Positions 1-13,027 of a DNA stretch of 64,000 nt are shown here, in pieces (within the stretch, counting starts at the first letter, position 1; each line of letters begins with the position of its first letter). Origin of the DNA: Chara braunii. Lineage: Eukaryota; Plantae; Charophyceae. Below the pieces are notes generated by a model, which did no database searches, was not told where the DNA came from, and saw nothing but the letters and a program-made list of their open reading frames with translations. Where the stretch lies: contig BFEA01000004.1 of the NCBI GenBank assembly GCA_003427395.1, positions 2,586,579-2,650,578 of the forward strand, read 5' to 3'. Made by a program: the position numbers and the translations under genes.

Positions 1-1439
1 GTTCCTTATAAAATGTAGGTATTGACACCTCTTGCCGTGCAACAGCAAGTCTACACTTCAGCACAAGTCTCACACCCGAGATGCACACAAACATGGGCGG
101 CTATGGCCGTCACCACTTTCAACAGATATGTCTCTGTCCCCATCTCTCTATACCTATACCACTCTCAGGTTACTCTCGCACTCTGAATGTCGTCCTCTTC
201 ACTCCGTAACAACGGAGCTATTGACTGCAGACTACTTCCAACCTCACTTGCGGCTTGACGGATAAGACGGCACCAGCGCTTCCACGACATGGGCGGATGC
301 AGACTGTGTTGACGCTTTGCACCCCTGGACTTTTGTACTTGCGGCAGTTTTTCAATTTTTGACTTCTTGGGACTGGTACCTTCCTTCGGGTTCCAATGCA
401 TCTGGAGTGTTTGTGGGCTTTGGTGGCACTGAGCTGCAACTGCAATGACATATCGACAGGCCATTAATGATCTGGGCCTATGGTGTTACCTAACCTACTG
501 GACCTACGGCACAGACGAGCCCTATGGGACCTACCAGATTGGACTATGGCACACAAGACTCCATGACTTGGTACCAGATCAGGGGCTTGGACGCTGAGGC
601 GTGTGAAATCCTTTCACTCCCGTCGGCCTCAAGTCGAGATAGCCGGGATTCTTATCACCTACCTACAATGTGAATCCCTCTCTGAACCTGCTAGTAGTGA
701 AAGCCTATCCTAGGGGCGGTCTTCATTAGTCCGTTCTTAGGAAACCGTTGATCTTCCTCTGGTCCCTGAAACTGCCGACGAACTTTGACTTGCTATTGTG
801 GTTCTCTGCCTGATTGGTGTGTGTCATGTGGAACTATTCTGTCAATGTCATATCTGCCACACATATAGTCTGGGTGGGTTTGCGGATCAGGGGTATGCTC
901 AGATGGCTCGCGTTCTCCTTGTGCAGAGAGGATTAATGGACTCCATAATAGTCCATATGCCTCATGTTGCTTCCCATGAGTTTATGGCGCTGCTACACAT
1001 GATGATTATTTGTGTTGTAGTGCAGGCAGCTTCCACCCATGCGGGACTGCCAGGTTTGTTTAGTGATCTTAAGGTTACTCCTATGCGGGTCTCACGTGAC
1101 GCTCCCACGTGAGACCCGCCTTCCAGTGTCAGGAACGTTTTTTGCTGGGCCCTTCAACGGTGCGCAGCTCTTCGTTTTATTTTTTTGATCCACTCCCGCG
1201 CGACGTGCACAAAAGACAAAATAGTAGATTCAATATTGTCCTTTTTCTTTTCCTTTATGGGGATGCGGGCGGTCCGAACTTTCCCGAATGGTCGGTCCAG
1301 CATCGCGGGCAGGGAGAGCTGGTAGCGCCGGGGGGTAGAGGTCGGGCAGGGAGAGCTGGCAGCCCGGGGGGGTACAGGTGGGGCGAATTCGTACCATTTG
1401 TGCAGCAGATTCATTCCAATTTGAAGGGGAGGGGGGGGG

Positions 1440-2790
1440 TTAGGAGGGGTGAGATGACGAGCGGAGGAGGGGAAGGAGGAGGAACGGGAGGACAATGAAC
1501 AAGCTCTGCTCGGCATGGAGGAGGGGAGGGATGGGGAGGATGGCGAGCAGGAAGACAAAAAAAATATGCCCGTGTATCTCCCCATGTTCCAGTGGAAGAT
1601 TCTTTCCACTTTGCATGGAAGGGGGGAAGGGGGAAGGATGACAAGCGGGAGGAGGGGAGCGGGAGGAGGGCAAGGAGGAGGAATGAGAGGACGATGAACA
1701 GGCCCCGCTAGAGGAGGAACGAGAGGATGGCGAACTGGTGGAGAACGGGTGGGATGACGAGTGGGAGGAGGGGAAGGAGGAGGATGGGGAGGATGACAAG
1801 CAGGAAGACAAAAAAGATGCCCGTGTATCTCCCCATGTTCCAGCGGAAGATTCTTTCCACGTTGCATGGGGGAAGGAGGGGGGTGGATGACGAGCTGGAG
1901 GGGAGCAGGACGAGGGGAACGAGGGGGAACGGGAGGACAGCGAACAGGTGGAGGGGTGAGTGGGAGGAAGGGAAGGAGAAGGTGGAAGACAAAAAAAATA
2001 TGGCCGTGATGACGAGTGGGAGGAGGGAAAGGAGGAGGACATGGAGGACGATGTGCAGGAAGACAAAATGATATTACCATGTATCTTCCCAGTTCCAGTG
2101 GAAGTTTCATTCGACTTTGCATGGGGGAAGGAGGGGGCAGGATGACGAGCTGGAGGAGGGGAGCAGGATGAGGGGAAGGAGGAGGAACGGGGACAAAGAA
2201 CAGCTGGAGTACGCATTACCTCAACACTTCGTGTCCAGCTCTTGTGAGCTGCTTTCGGCCTTCGTCCTTTGTCCTTCGTCCTCGAGTGACTTCATAGAGG
2301 CTCGAAGAGCTATCGTTCCCCCAGCGCCTTTGTGGGAGCCTGGATTAGGCGCTAGCTTCTTATAGGCAGCAATGCATAGATTTATGTCTTTCATGAGACT
2401 GCTGAATAGGCCACTGGCCCGAAATTCTTCATAGCTAGCGCTCCTTAGGGGAAGGATGAGGAACGGGGACAAAGAACAGCTGGAGTGGGAGGAGGGGAAG
2501 GAGGAGCAAGACAAAAAAAGATGACTATGATGACGAGTGGGAGGAGGGAAAGGAGGAGGACGGTAAGGACAACGACCAGGAAGACAAAAATATATGCCTG
2601 TTTATCTCCCCACGTTCCACTGGAAGATTCATTCCATTTTGCATGGGGGGAGGAAGGATGGAGGAGGAACGGGAGGATGACGAACAGGGGGAGGAGGGGT
2701 GAGTGGGAGGAGGGGAAGGAGGAGGAAAACAAAAAAGTATGGCCGTGTATCTCCCCATGTTCCTGCAGAAGATTCATTCCGCTTTCCATG
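1440..2790. repeat. Purine-rich low-complexity region with ~5 dispersed copies of a ~60-70 bp motif
   Basis: GAAGACAAAA...CCGTGTATCTCCCCATGTTCCAGYGGAAGATTC...TTGCATGG recurs near 1550, 1805, 2060, 2580 and 2730, separated by GGA-rich spacers. Confidence 0.8.
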
Positions 2791-3953
2791 GTGGAGCAGG
2801 TCTCCACCTTAACCGGAGCCGTGGAGGGCATGGCCTTGTTTTATTACATGGGCCACTCCCATATGTAGGCTAGCTTTGGTCTTCTTGGCTGTTCTTGCAC
2901 TCGGATGGCACCCAGTCTAGGCATCCGAATGAATAGACGTTCGATAGTGCCATCCCGGAGTTCTGTCTCTAATGCAACAATGTCATTGTCGGCCTGCAGG
3001 AATATTGTGCCCTTTTTTTGCCAAAAGGGATCGGTAGGGGGTCTTCCCTGTCCAATCGCTGAGCGTCTTGTCATACCTTCTTGCTGAGCACTGTAGTGCT
3101 GCTATTATCATGGTGTAGTTGGCAATGGGGTGACCAGTAACTGAGAGTTATCCTTCCATATTGGCTTGCCAAGTGATCACATACAGTGTGCCATTAGACA
3201 TCCTGGGTGGAGGCATCAGCTTCACTAGGATGTTCAAATTGGGAGTAGGTGTCAATCATATAGCTCAGTCTGGTGTGGGGTTTGCGCCAGAGTCTGAATG
3301 GGTATAGTCAACGAAGCAACCACATTCCTTGTTGGAGGGGTTAGCTTGGGAGGTCAACCGAACAGCTAGCTGTCCTTACAGGTCAGCAATCTGTTCCTTC
3401 ATGTCTGGAATCTGTTGGTAGAGTCTAACATTATCTGTGCGGACCACCTGCAGCTCAGTGAGACTCTTAGTGGCGCCGAACAGGTGTTGGGTGCTGTCAT
3501 CGGCAGTTTCGGTGGCCAGCTGGCCAGACAAGTGCTCAATGAGCTGATTGTTACGTGCCTGTTTGGGTTTGCCCTCCTCTCTATGTCTGCGTCCCTTTTC
3601 TAGCGCTTTGATGGCCTTCCATAATTTCTGCCTCTACCTGTCCAATTCTGAATTGCTGTCTGCACTTTTTGCTTCATTGACGGAGGAGACTGTTCCATAC
3701 TTTCTGCCTCCACCTGTCCAATTCTGAATTGCTGTCTGCACTTTTTGCCTCGTTGGACGGGGAAGAATGCCCTGCATTGGTGTTCGGGCTAAGTACCGAT
3801 GGAAGGGGTCTTGTGCAGCAGAGCAGAGTGAGCGAGAATTGCCGCGTCCGTGGGATGTGTGTGTGTGGTGTTGTGTGTGGTGTGGATTGCGTTGGACACT
3901 ACAGCCTTGCAGGGGCGGGTTGGATATCACGACCAGTATGGTTCCACTTTTGA

Positions 3954-4024
3954 ACACCGTGTCTTGGCTGTAGTGGTTATGAGACTTGGCTCCTGAGGCC
4001 AAGGGCGCCGGTTCGAATCTGTGC
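3954..4024 (+). pseudogene. tRNA-like (Gln-CTG-like) Pol III cassette, copy 1
   Basis: A box TGGCTGTAGTGG, anticodon arm CTTGGC-TCCTGAG-GCCAAG, B box GGTTCGAATC; poor acceptor stem. Confidence 0.55.
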
Positions 4025-4277
4025 TTGCATGGAGGAGGGCTTTGGCCTGCTTGTGCGAATCTATATACCAGATGTGGAAGCAGTGAAGCACCCGTTAACC
4101 GACGGGGAAGAGTACCCCGCATTGGTGTCGGGTCTTGTGCAGCGGAGCAGAGTGAGCAAGAATTGTCGCGTCCGTGGGATGTGTCCGTGTGGTGTTGTGT
4201 GTGGTGTGGGTGGCGTTGGACACTACAGCCTTGCAGGGGTGGGGTGGATTTCACAACCGGTATGGTTCCACTTTTGA

Positions 4278-4348
4278 GCACCGTGTCTTGGCTGTAGTGG
4301 TTACGAGACTTGGCTCCTGAGGCCAAGGTCGCCGGTTCAAATCCGTGC
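4278..4348 (+). pseudogene. tRNA-like Pol III cassette, copy 2
   Basis: Same A box and anticodon arm, B box GGTTCAAATCC. Confidence 0.55.
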
Positions 4349-6484
4349 TTGCAAGGAGGAGGGCTTTGGCCCACTTGTGTGGATCTATATACCAGATTGT
4401 TGGCAGAGGAGACTATATTTGCACCAAAGATTCCGTCTTTAGTGGGCGTAGTACAAGCATTCTCTTTCTCTTTCTTTTTGGTCTTGAGTCACTCTGTCAG
4501 CCTCGTAACCATCCATCCAACCACTGGTCCTAAAGAAAGATGGGAAGTAGGAGGAAAGGTAGGATTTTGCCCTAGCTGGGCCAGCCCTTACTTGGACAGA
4601 GGGCAACTGCAGGCAAACGGTGTATGATCCAAGAACCACACAAAATCCAATCTTCACTAATTGTCATAGAACGATATCACAAGGAAAATCAAGAACTGAT
4701 CCTGTCAAACAGATCACAATGCAGGCCAAGCAAGTAGAGGATTATACAGTCACACCACGGCTTCTCGTTGATCTAACCCTCCATTGCATCTCCCACGGCC
4801 ACTCAAACCCTCCATTGCGACTCCCAAGGCCACTCATCTTCAATCTCCAGGACGGTTACTACATGTGAGGTGTGTCGAGAGTATAGATCCCGTACTTGTT
4901 ATCACCCGTCCCTGGCCCTGGCAAGCTGCCTGGTTGGCAGGAATGGAGATTATGCCCCTTTTGTTCCACATTCTCCCTCAGTGCAAGATTGGATGTGCCC
5001 TTCAGAGGTCTGCCCCAGCCTCATCTATACCAGAGTTGCGAATTCACAGATAGACTGACTTAAAGAATGCTTTGAGTTGCAAGTTGCAACGATAGAGAAT
5101 GCGAAGCTGAGACTGGATAGCTGACTCCAAACATACGGATTTCGAGTCCATGGGGCAGGGTTGGTTTGCTCGAACAGCGTCCCACACTGCCCGCTAAGGT
5201 TGCATCCCACCACAGTACAGCAAACGGCAGAGAAAAACCGAACTTAGATCAGGATTAGGACACAACCCAAGAAGTGCCTCATCACGTCCATCTCTTGTAC
5301 TCGCACAGCAGCCATCATCGTCAAGGAAGAGAATGTAGTTTTTACTTTTGCTGTATTAGCCTGTTCAAACCTTACTGCAGCAGGTTCTAGGATCATTTCA
5401 AGTGCCCAACATTGCCTCTCGAAGGTAGTTGGGAGGTACTGGAACATGTTGCAACCACCAAGCAGTTTTCACTGTAGATGCGAGTCATGTGACCTCTTTC
5501 CCGTGCTGGCCCTGGTGGTGAAGTCTTCTTGGTAAACACTTGTTTTCCCCTGGTCTTGATCCCATCTGTCACGATGTTTCGTCACTCAGTTCTTCTGCCA
5601 ATACAAGCTTTGCTCACGGGCTGAGGTCCTTGCTTCTCTCCATCATTTCTCTAACTGTCTTTCTTGCCTCCCCTCTCATATGGCACTCCAATGCTTCGAG
5701 TGGAAGCCTAATCCGGGGTCACCGTTGAGTTGGAATTAGGGGCAGGGTGGCCTTGCTTCTTCTCTCCACGAAGTGGGGACTGGTCTGGTATGAAGTTGTT
5801 ATGATGTAAGTTCAATCAGAATGCAGAATTCAAATTTAGGACAAGTCAAGGATTGAGAGCAAGAGAGGGAGAGGTTCCCGAGATTGCCCCAATGTTCTCT
5901 CCCTCCTCTTGCCCCTTTATCATCCCCCCCTTGTCCTTTCTCTTTCTCTTCGATAACCAAAAAGTCTTTGAACTGCGAACTAGCACAGTGAGTTGATTCC
6001 ATTAAAGTTGAGCAGACATCAAACTCAGCGAGCTTCATCATCAAAAACAATCCTGAATGAATTCGTGACAGGCCAGAAACACCTCGTCGCTGAGGACCTC
6101 GGAAGCGGGCACGGCGGGTGACAGACACCGCTGCCTCTGACTTCAACGAAGAGTAGGTGACCCCTCCCCGGGTTTCCTCACAACAGGCCCTGGGCGCCGA
6201 TTCAAGCCCTGGGCGAATTTTCACGAGGGGGCACAGGCCCTGGGCGCCGTTCGTTTAGGCGCCAGGCCATGGTACTGTTCAGGCGCCAGTCTTGGCGCCA
6301 CTCTTTTTTTGAGCGCCGAGTTCAGGCGCCAGGACTCAGGACACCACGTGAGGCCGAACCGGCACTATATATGGCCGGTCGGCCTCAGCTTGAGTAGGCA
6401 TTCGTAGGTATTCTTCAGGTAGTAGCAGGAGTAGTCGATGATAGCAGTAAGGTTCCAGCGCCAGCATAGCGCAGCAGCAGTGCA

Positions 6485-6513
6485 GCGAGCGAGCGAGCGC
6501 GCGCGCGCGCGCG

Positions 6514-6600
<87 letters not shown>
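6485..6600. repeat. Compound microsatellite (GAGC)n(GC)n(GA)n
   Basis: Directly visible; includes a ~30 bp (CG)n run. Confidence 0.95.
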
Positions 6601-6604
<4 letters not shown>

Positions 6605-8770
6605 TTGCGACATTGAGATTCAGACTCGACATATGAGCAGCGACATTGTGGGAGACTATTTTTGGGATCAGTATCGATGACATTTTGGTTGACATCTCCC
6701 CTTCTCTCCCCATTCGTCTCTCCTCCCTCCTCCTCATCCATGTATGATGGAACCTGGCGCTTCTTCTCTGTGTGATAGCGCCAGGTCTCCCCTCACACTG
6801 AGTGATGTTGATGAGGATGATGTTCAGTCTGTGTCATGACATTGATTGGGTCTGATTATTGGTATTTCAGTCTTCCGCTGTGCTATCCTCACTATATCTG
6901 AGAGAGGTCGGTTCTTGGTTCTGGTCGGCACCATATTGATATGTGACACAAAGACTGCTCAGAAAATGCACTTCTCAGAGTGGGACCTGTCATTATCATT
7001 GCAGCGGCTGGGTCAGGGTGTTGTGTAGGCCTGAATCTACTTGTACGTCTGAAAGAAGGTTGACTGCCTTTGTGCTGCCCTAGGTATCGGGGGTTATGCG
7101 GGGTATATATACTATATCGCACATTAAAAAGGAAACTATGATTTTGTTCATCAGATATGTCTTTATGTAGTCTTGCTTTTGCCGAACGAGATTTGAGCAG
7201 GCGAATGTACCTGGTCAGAGTGTTAGATACTTTGTACTGCTGTTTGTCTGAGAAATATGCAATAGACCGATGGTCTATTTGGTGTCCTATCTGGACTTGG
7301 GTTTTCGGTCTGGGCCTGTAGACATCAGTTAAGACAATTTGTGTGCAAATTGCTTTGTCCAGGAGCAACACGTCCAGCGTGAGAGTGGATGCCTGGTACT
7401 ATCCCTGATGTTCATCCTTTGGTTGGAAGGCTTTGTTGGGGTGTTTCAGACTGTAGTTTGTTTATTTGCAGTGTAAATTGGTTTTCCAAGCACGTGAGGC
7501 CCCTGTTTGTGGGCAAAGAATAACTACCATACTTTGGACATGTTGATCTCTGAACCTAACGACGCTTCGATTGATCTGAAGCTTACACATGTGGAATCCG
7601 GCTCACCCAGTTAGCGCAACCACACTACTGATGCCTACTCGCTATCCCCGTTCACGCCGTTCTGCGTGAACACGTTATTGATATGCGCTCACCATGCAGG
7701 CTGTACCCACAACACACACATATAATACTAACTGAAGAGATGGTAGGAGATTGGCATCAGGAGATGTATATGGTTGGATTGCCATCTGTATGAGTGTGTG
7801 GTGGTTGAGACCACATCGCTTGTAACGTATAAGGGGCAACCACTGGTTTGAGCTACGCTTTGTGTTATGTTACTTCCATCTGACCTTTGCTCAATTCGGT
7901 GTAGTAAACCAAATAAGCGGGAAGAGGCAGGGTAGTTCAAGCTATGTTATGGGTTGTGTTCGGGCGATTCTTGTCTGGGCTTCAGGTATGTTTGCATTTC
8001 TCTCCCCTGCTTGCCACATGCTCTGCACCCTCGTGTAGGAAGTATAGTCCCATGGGCAAGGAGGACAGAGTGAGGGGAAGGAAGAAGTCCACTTGCTGCT
8101 TGTTGTCGGGCATTTGACTTGTTGGCCTCTTGGGAATTTCAGCCGCCAGGCACCCAGAGTAAGTAATTGCCATGTTCATGGACGTTGTCTCATTGTTGGC
8201 ATGCTCACAGACATGATCTGATTGGTATGATCTTCAAGGACTCAACCATAAAAGATGGTCTTGTGTCAACAGGTGGAGAGTGCAATGAAGGCTGTGGCGG
8301 AGTCAGCGGAGTGCTTGAATGTAGGCCATCTGACGGCCCAGATAACAAATGTGTTGCACATGATCGATCAAGAATTGAGGGAGGCACCAACAAGGAGCAT
8401 CCTTCTGGACAAATTGCCCAGGGTAAGTTTGCAGGAAGCTGTCATTCAGTTTGTAGGTGTATAGGACTGAAGAGGGATCCTATTGCATACATATGTGAAA
8501 GTGTTTCTTCAGTCAAAGTTCAATGCAGCTTTTGTGAATAATGCTCGTCAATCAAGTTGATGAATGCTGTTGAGGTTGGGGGCGATCCTATGCCTCCCAT
8601 GTCCAGAACTTTGGACAGGCATTTTGAACTATTTTCCTCTTGTCAGCGGTTTTGTAGAGGCTCATAAACTGTAAGGAACTTCACGCTATGAAAAAGACAC
8701 GAGTCCAAAGTTGGAATTGACTTCATTCATTGTCCATGAACTCGTAAATAAGAAATAACACCTGTCAGGA

Positions 8771-9121
8771 ATTCACTTAATTCGCTGATGATCTTACTGT
8801 ACTTATCAGGGCTTCAAACCATGGTAACTGTCCGGACGTCCGGACCGGGTTCCAGACAGTCCGGTGTCCGGTGTCCGGTGTCTGGTCCTGATGTCTGGAT
8901 GGAGGCCCCTGGGGAGAAAAAAAGAAAAAAGAAAAAAAGAGGGCGGCCCAGACCGTTTATTGGGTCCTGGCCGCCCCTCAAAAAATAACAGGGTGATTTT
9001 GCAGTGCCATTTCTCCCCACCGGACAGGGCCTAGAGGTCCGGACACAAGACACTGCAGGTTTCTGGCGTGGCGAGTGTCACACAGGCCTGAGCAATTTCA
9101 AGGCGCCCGCCGCTGCTGCCT

Positions 9122-9173
<52 letters not shown>

Positions 9174-12100
9174 NNNNNNNNNNNNNNNNNNNNNNNNNNN
9201 NNNNNNNNNNNNNNNNNNNNNNNNNNNNNNNNNNNNNNNNNNNNNNNNNNNNNNNNNNNNNNNNNNNNNNNNNNNNNNNNNNNNNNNNNNNNNNNNNNNN
9301 NNNNNNNNNNNNNNNNNNNNNNNNNNNNNNNNNNNNNNNNNNNNNNNNNNNNNNNNNNNNNNNNNNNNNNNNNNNNNNNNNNNNNNNNNNNNNNNNNNNN
9401 NNNNNNNNNNNNNNNNNNNNNNNNNNNNNNNNNNNNNNNNNNNNNNNNNNNNNNNNNNNNNNNNNNNNNNNNNNNNNNNNNNNNNNNNNNNNNNNNNNNN
9501 NNNNNNNNNNNNNNNNNNNNNNNNNNNNNNNNNNNNNNNNNNNNNNNNTTTTTTGGGCCCGGACATTTGTGCACCCCTGGTACCGGTCCGGACTGTCCGG
9601 GTCCGGTGATGTCCGAGTGTCCGGTAATGTCCGGATCACCGGACAGTCTGGACCGGTCCAGACACTGGTCCGGAAGTGTCCGGTGTCCGGGTCCGGGGTT
9701 ACCATGCTTCAAACTCATATTTCCAGGCCCTGACAAGAGCAATGCAAGCAGTCCAACTAACCTCAGAAATGAAAGTTAACTGGTCCAAAACAGTAGAATG
9801 GTGGACCGCGGAAACTCCTCCCCCCATAGAGATAGCCCCGGCAGGACTACAATGGACAGATCCAGATTCACCAATTCGATTCCTAGGCATCAACCTCAAC
9901 CTTAAAGGATGCCACCATATATCGGCAACAACACTCTTGTCTTCAATGGTGAATAGAATGCACACCTGGAAAACCACACATATTCCCTACTAGGCAGAGT
10001 ACTAGCACTAAACAACTCCTTAACAATGATGTAGTATTCCACCTCCATTTGGTTCCCAGCCGCTGACTTTCAAAGTCGGCTGAGAGAAAAAGCAGCAGCA
10101 TTTCTATGGACAGGTAACACGGATCAGCCACGCTTTATCCACAAGGTATCATGGCAGATAGTAACCAGCCCAAAAAGCAAAGGGGGCCTAGGCCTTATAG
10201 ACCCATCCCGCCAAATCCAGGCTCTACAAATTAAATGGATTATAAGACTAGCCCTCCAGGACAATCTGCATTGGTCACCACTAGTCCTGAACCACATCAG
10301 AGAACTGGCACCATTTACTACTACAACGAACATGACAGGCCTTTTCTGGATTTTCAATAAATCCTGGCCGCTTCCAAAAGTGAAACAGACCCAATCCGAA
10401 CAAACACTCCAACAAAACAACAACGACACCCCCCAATCCAAATCCCTGTGGGAACAAATACTACACACCTGGAGAACCATCTTCCCCAAGAACAGAACAG
10501 GTCCAAAGAAACAAAGTCCTCAGGCAACCTCTCTTCTGCAACCCACACATCAAGAACTACAAAGGGGAAATCCTCCCACTCTCAAAGTCAGAACCTAAAT
10601 GGGGGCACTGGCTAGAAAAGGGAATTTGGCAAATCAAGCACATCTGGGACAACTCAAATAAAACATGGAAAACAAAAAGAGACCTACGAGAAAAACTGAA
10701 AGGAACACATCATCTTCAAACGAACGTAAATCACATTGTAGACTGTATTTCTCCACAATGGCGAGTCTTATTAAAAACAGACCAAAAATGGCATCACGGC
10801 GATTGGGCTACCACCACGAACCTCTTACCAATACAGGAAGTCCTCTCAGTCAGGAACTACGAACCCCACAACAACAGTTGGATATGCTGCGACATATACA
10901 CAGTAGAAGATCCAGGAAACCCGGTAAGTTACATCAATATCATAAGCAGAGCAGAAGGAGCATTAAAAACAACAACCTGAGAAGAATCAGAATCATAGAA
11001 GGAGAAAGAAAAAGACTCTACAAACCCCACATCAGCGTTTCTAATCTGGAGATCAACCCATCGGAATGGACATGGAAGTCCTCCTCTAGTTCCACCCTCA
11101 TTTCAAATCTAAGTAGGCTAACGGGCTACACACCCAAACTAGGTTATCGACTCCTCACTAAACCCATATGAATATCCAACACAGTACGCAGTAGGTGGAC
11201 AAAGGAGGAACCACAACTGGCCAACACCCATTTCAAACTCCCCTGGGCCACAATCTTCTCCCCAAGACCGGTCAAGCTTGCTAGCCTCAGATCGTTAATA
11301 GCCTTCAGAGCAGTCCCAGTAAACCAATGGTTAGCCAACAGAGGCAACCACGAAAACAGAACGGAACAGGACTTTTGGTGCAAGGTATGCAACCTCGTTT
11401 CCCCCGAATCCCTGAACCATTGTTTTATGGACTACCCAAATGCCAGATCCCTCTGGCAAAGTCTAGAAGCGGCATGGTATAAAATATCGGACTCTCCCCG
11501 CCTAATTAACCCCACCACACTATTCCTCGACCTCAAACAAACACCTCCACTCAAAGGCTTTGAAGCCTTCCTCTTCACAAATCAAGAAAAGTACCCTGTG
11601 GGCTCTCTGGAAAAACAGATGTGACTGCACCTTCAATGATCGACTCATCCCCTCAGAGAACCCACTCATCATCATCAAACAACTTATAGACACCGAAATC
11701 CAAGCCCTCTGGAAAAAACAACTCAACAAGTTCCCCACTGACCCCGACAAAAAAAGCGAAACAATCAAAAAGTTCTCTACCTTCAAGCTAGGGAATGGGA
11801 TGACAGACTAACTTTAAAAAATTGGCTGAACTTAACTCAGATAAAAAGCGATATGATACCTCCCCTATCCCACTTACAATCACCCCCAAACCAGTCACCC
11901 ATCTCTAATCCAATATCGAATCAGTAAGTTCACCCCCCGCTCCCATCCAACAACCTCACTCCAATCACTTCCCTCCCTTGCACCCAACCGACGCCCTCCA
12001 AACTACCTCTACCTCCAACATACCTCCATTTCCCCGCCCGCCCCCCCCTCCCCCCCCAAAAAAAATAAAAATAAAAATAAAAAATAAAAAAAAATCCCCC

Positions 12101-12602
12101 TGCCAATACCCACCACACCAAGCTTGTCCAAACCCCCACAACCCAACCATCCCCTAAACCCCAACACTGGCCCTCCTAAGAATACTCCCACCAAATCCAA
12201 TCAGTCCCCACACCTGGCACTTCCTTAGATCTCAGACCTGCCCTAGAAATCACATGTCTACCTTATGGAAACATCCACCAATGCCAGACTACAGACAAAT
12301 AAAAATTAAGCTAGACTTTAGGATTCTAGCACCAATATCAGGGTAAGATCTAAATCCGAGTTGAACAGGCTAACTTAGGCAGGGGTGAAGGATGGTACAT
12401 CCTTTCTAAGGGAAGTAATCAATGCGGTCCTTTGGTCCTCCACACCTTAAGCGGGAGGAGCGTGAGTAACTATTGTAATCCCTTCTGACTTGCCGGTGGA
12501 ATAGGAACCGGACTGATGCTCCCCAGAATGGACAAGGAGCCGGAACCATAAGGTCACGTTTGGAAAAAAAAAAAAGGGAAAAAAAAAGAATGAAAGAAAA
12601 AA
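8771..12602 (+). mobile_element. 5'-truncated, degenerate L1/Tx1-type LINE (ORF2 RT C-terminal half, CCHC finger, 3' UTR, A-rich tail)
   Basis: FADDLTVL at 8781, KVNWSKT..IRFLGI, KGGLGL, CKVC..H finger ~11380; A-rich tail; 21-bp TSD AAGAAATAACACCTGTCAGGA at 8750-8770 and 12603-12623. Confidence 0.9.
8820..9706. mobile_element. Non-autonomous hAT-type element nested in the LINE RT domain (contains an N gap)
   Basis: TIR CATGGTAAC/GTTACCATG, perfect 8-bp TSD CTTCAAAC (8812-8819, 9707-9714), GTCCGG subterminal repeats; removing it restores FADDLTVLIRASNSYFQAL. Confidence 0.9.
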
Positions 12603-12756
12603 AAGAAATAACACCTGTCAGGATCAGGCAAATAAGGGTGTGAAGCGCTGCCTCACCGACTCTGGCTTATTTATCTTTTCTTTTTTCTTCTGTAAATATA
12701 CTCTAATAAGTCAACTTGAGTTGGAGAGCTGTGTGATGGGCGACTATCTTCCACAG

Positions 12757-12772
12757 TTTGGAGAGCATGGAG
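12757..12772 (+). CDS. Candidate 16-nt microexon of the SAPS-family gene (LESME)
   Basis: TCTTCCACAG acceptor, GTAAGA donor, ends in phase 0, compatible with the next candidate exon. Confidence 0.3.
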
Positions 12773-12957
12773 GTAAGACGCGTGGAACTGGTTTGCATTC
12801 AGTCTGATCGTACAGTTCTTTTGTTTTTGTTTGATCATAGAGTCTTAAATTCTTAATAAAGCAGGATCAAATGTTTTGAGAGGTCTAAACCTCGATCTTG
12901 CCCTCATGTCACTGTTGTACTTTGAACATAATGGATATGTGCTGTACTGATATGCAG

Positions 12958-12990
12958 CCAGAAAGTGATTCACCACCTGAAAGCATTCAG
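12958..12990 (+). CDS. Candidate 33-nt exon of the SAPS-family gene (PESDSPPESIQ)
   Basis: TGCAG acceptor, GT donor, phase 0-0; resembles the PET-I segment preceding the next SAPS helix. Confidence 0.4.
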
Positions 12991-13027
12991 GTTTTTGTGT
13001 CAGATAAGGGAACCCAGTGCCAGGCAT

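Larger units (their letters stand above)
3806..4396. repeat. Direct duplication with ~324 bp period, each copy containing a tRNA-like cassette
   Basis: GGTCTTGTGCAGC... at ~3807 and ~4131; both copies end in ATCTATATACCAGAT. Confidence 0.9.
2830..4400 (-). mobile_element. Degraded leader and coding remnant, probably of an LTR retroelement
   Basis: On the minus strand, CA+TC/ATC+TGGTATATAGA PBS-like junctions at ~4070 and ~4395 precede a stop-ridden, partly coiled-coil-like reading frame; no diagnostic domain recognised. Confidence 0.3.

Noticed and set aside
1154-2216. Proline-rich extensin-like proteins
   Set aside because: Open frames arise from C-rich low-complexity repeats; overlapping ORFs occur in several frames
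6600-8700. Possible Penelope-like or transposase remnant on the minus strand
   Set aside because: No recognisable motif in any frame; left unassigned
9004-9779. Long ORFs spanning N gaps (also ~16.0-17.1 kb, 35.2-36.4 kb, 47.5-48.0 kb)
   Set aside because: Artifacts of N runs and microsatellites
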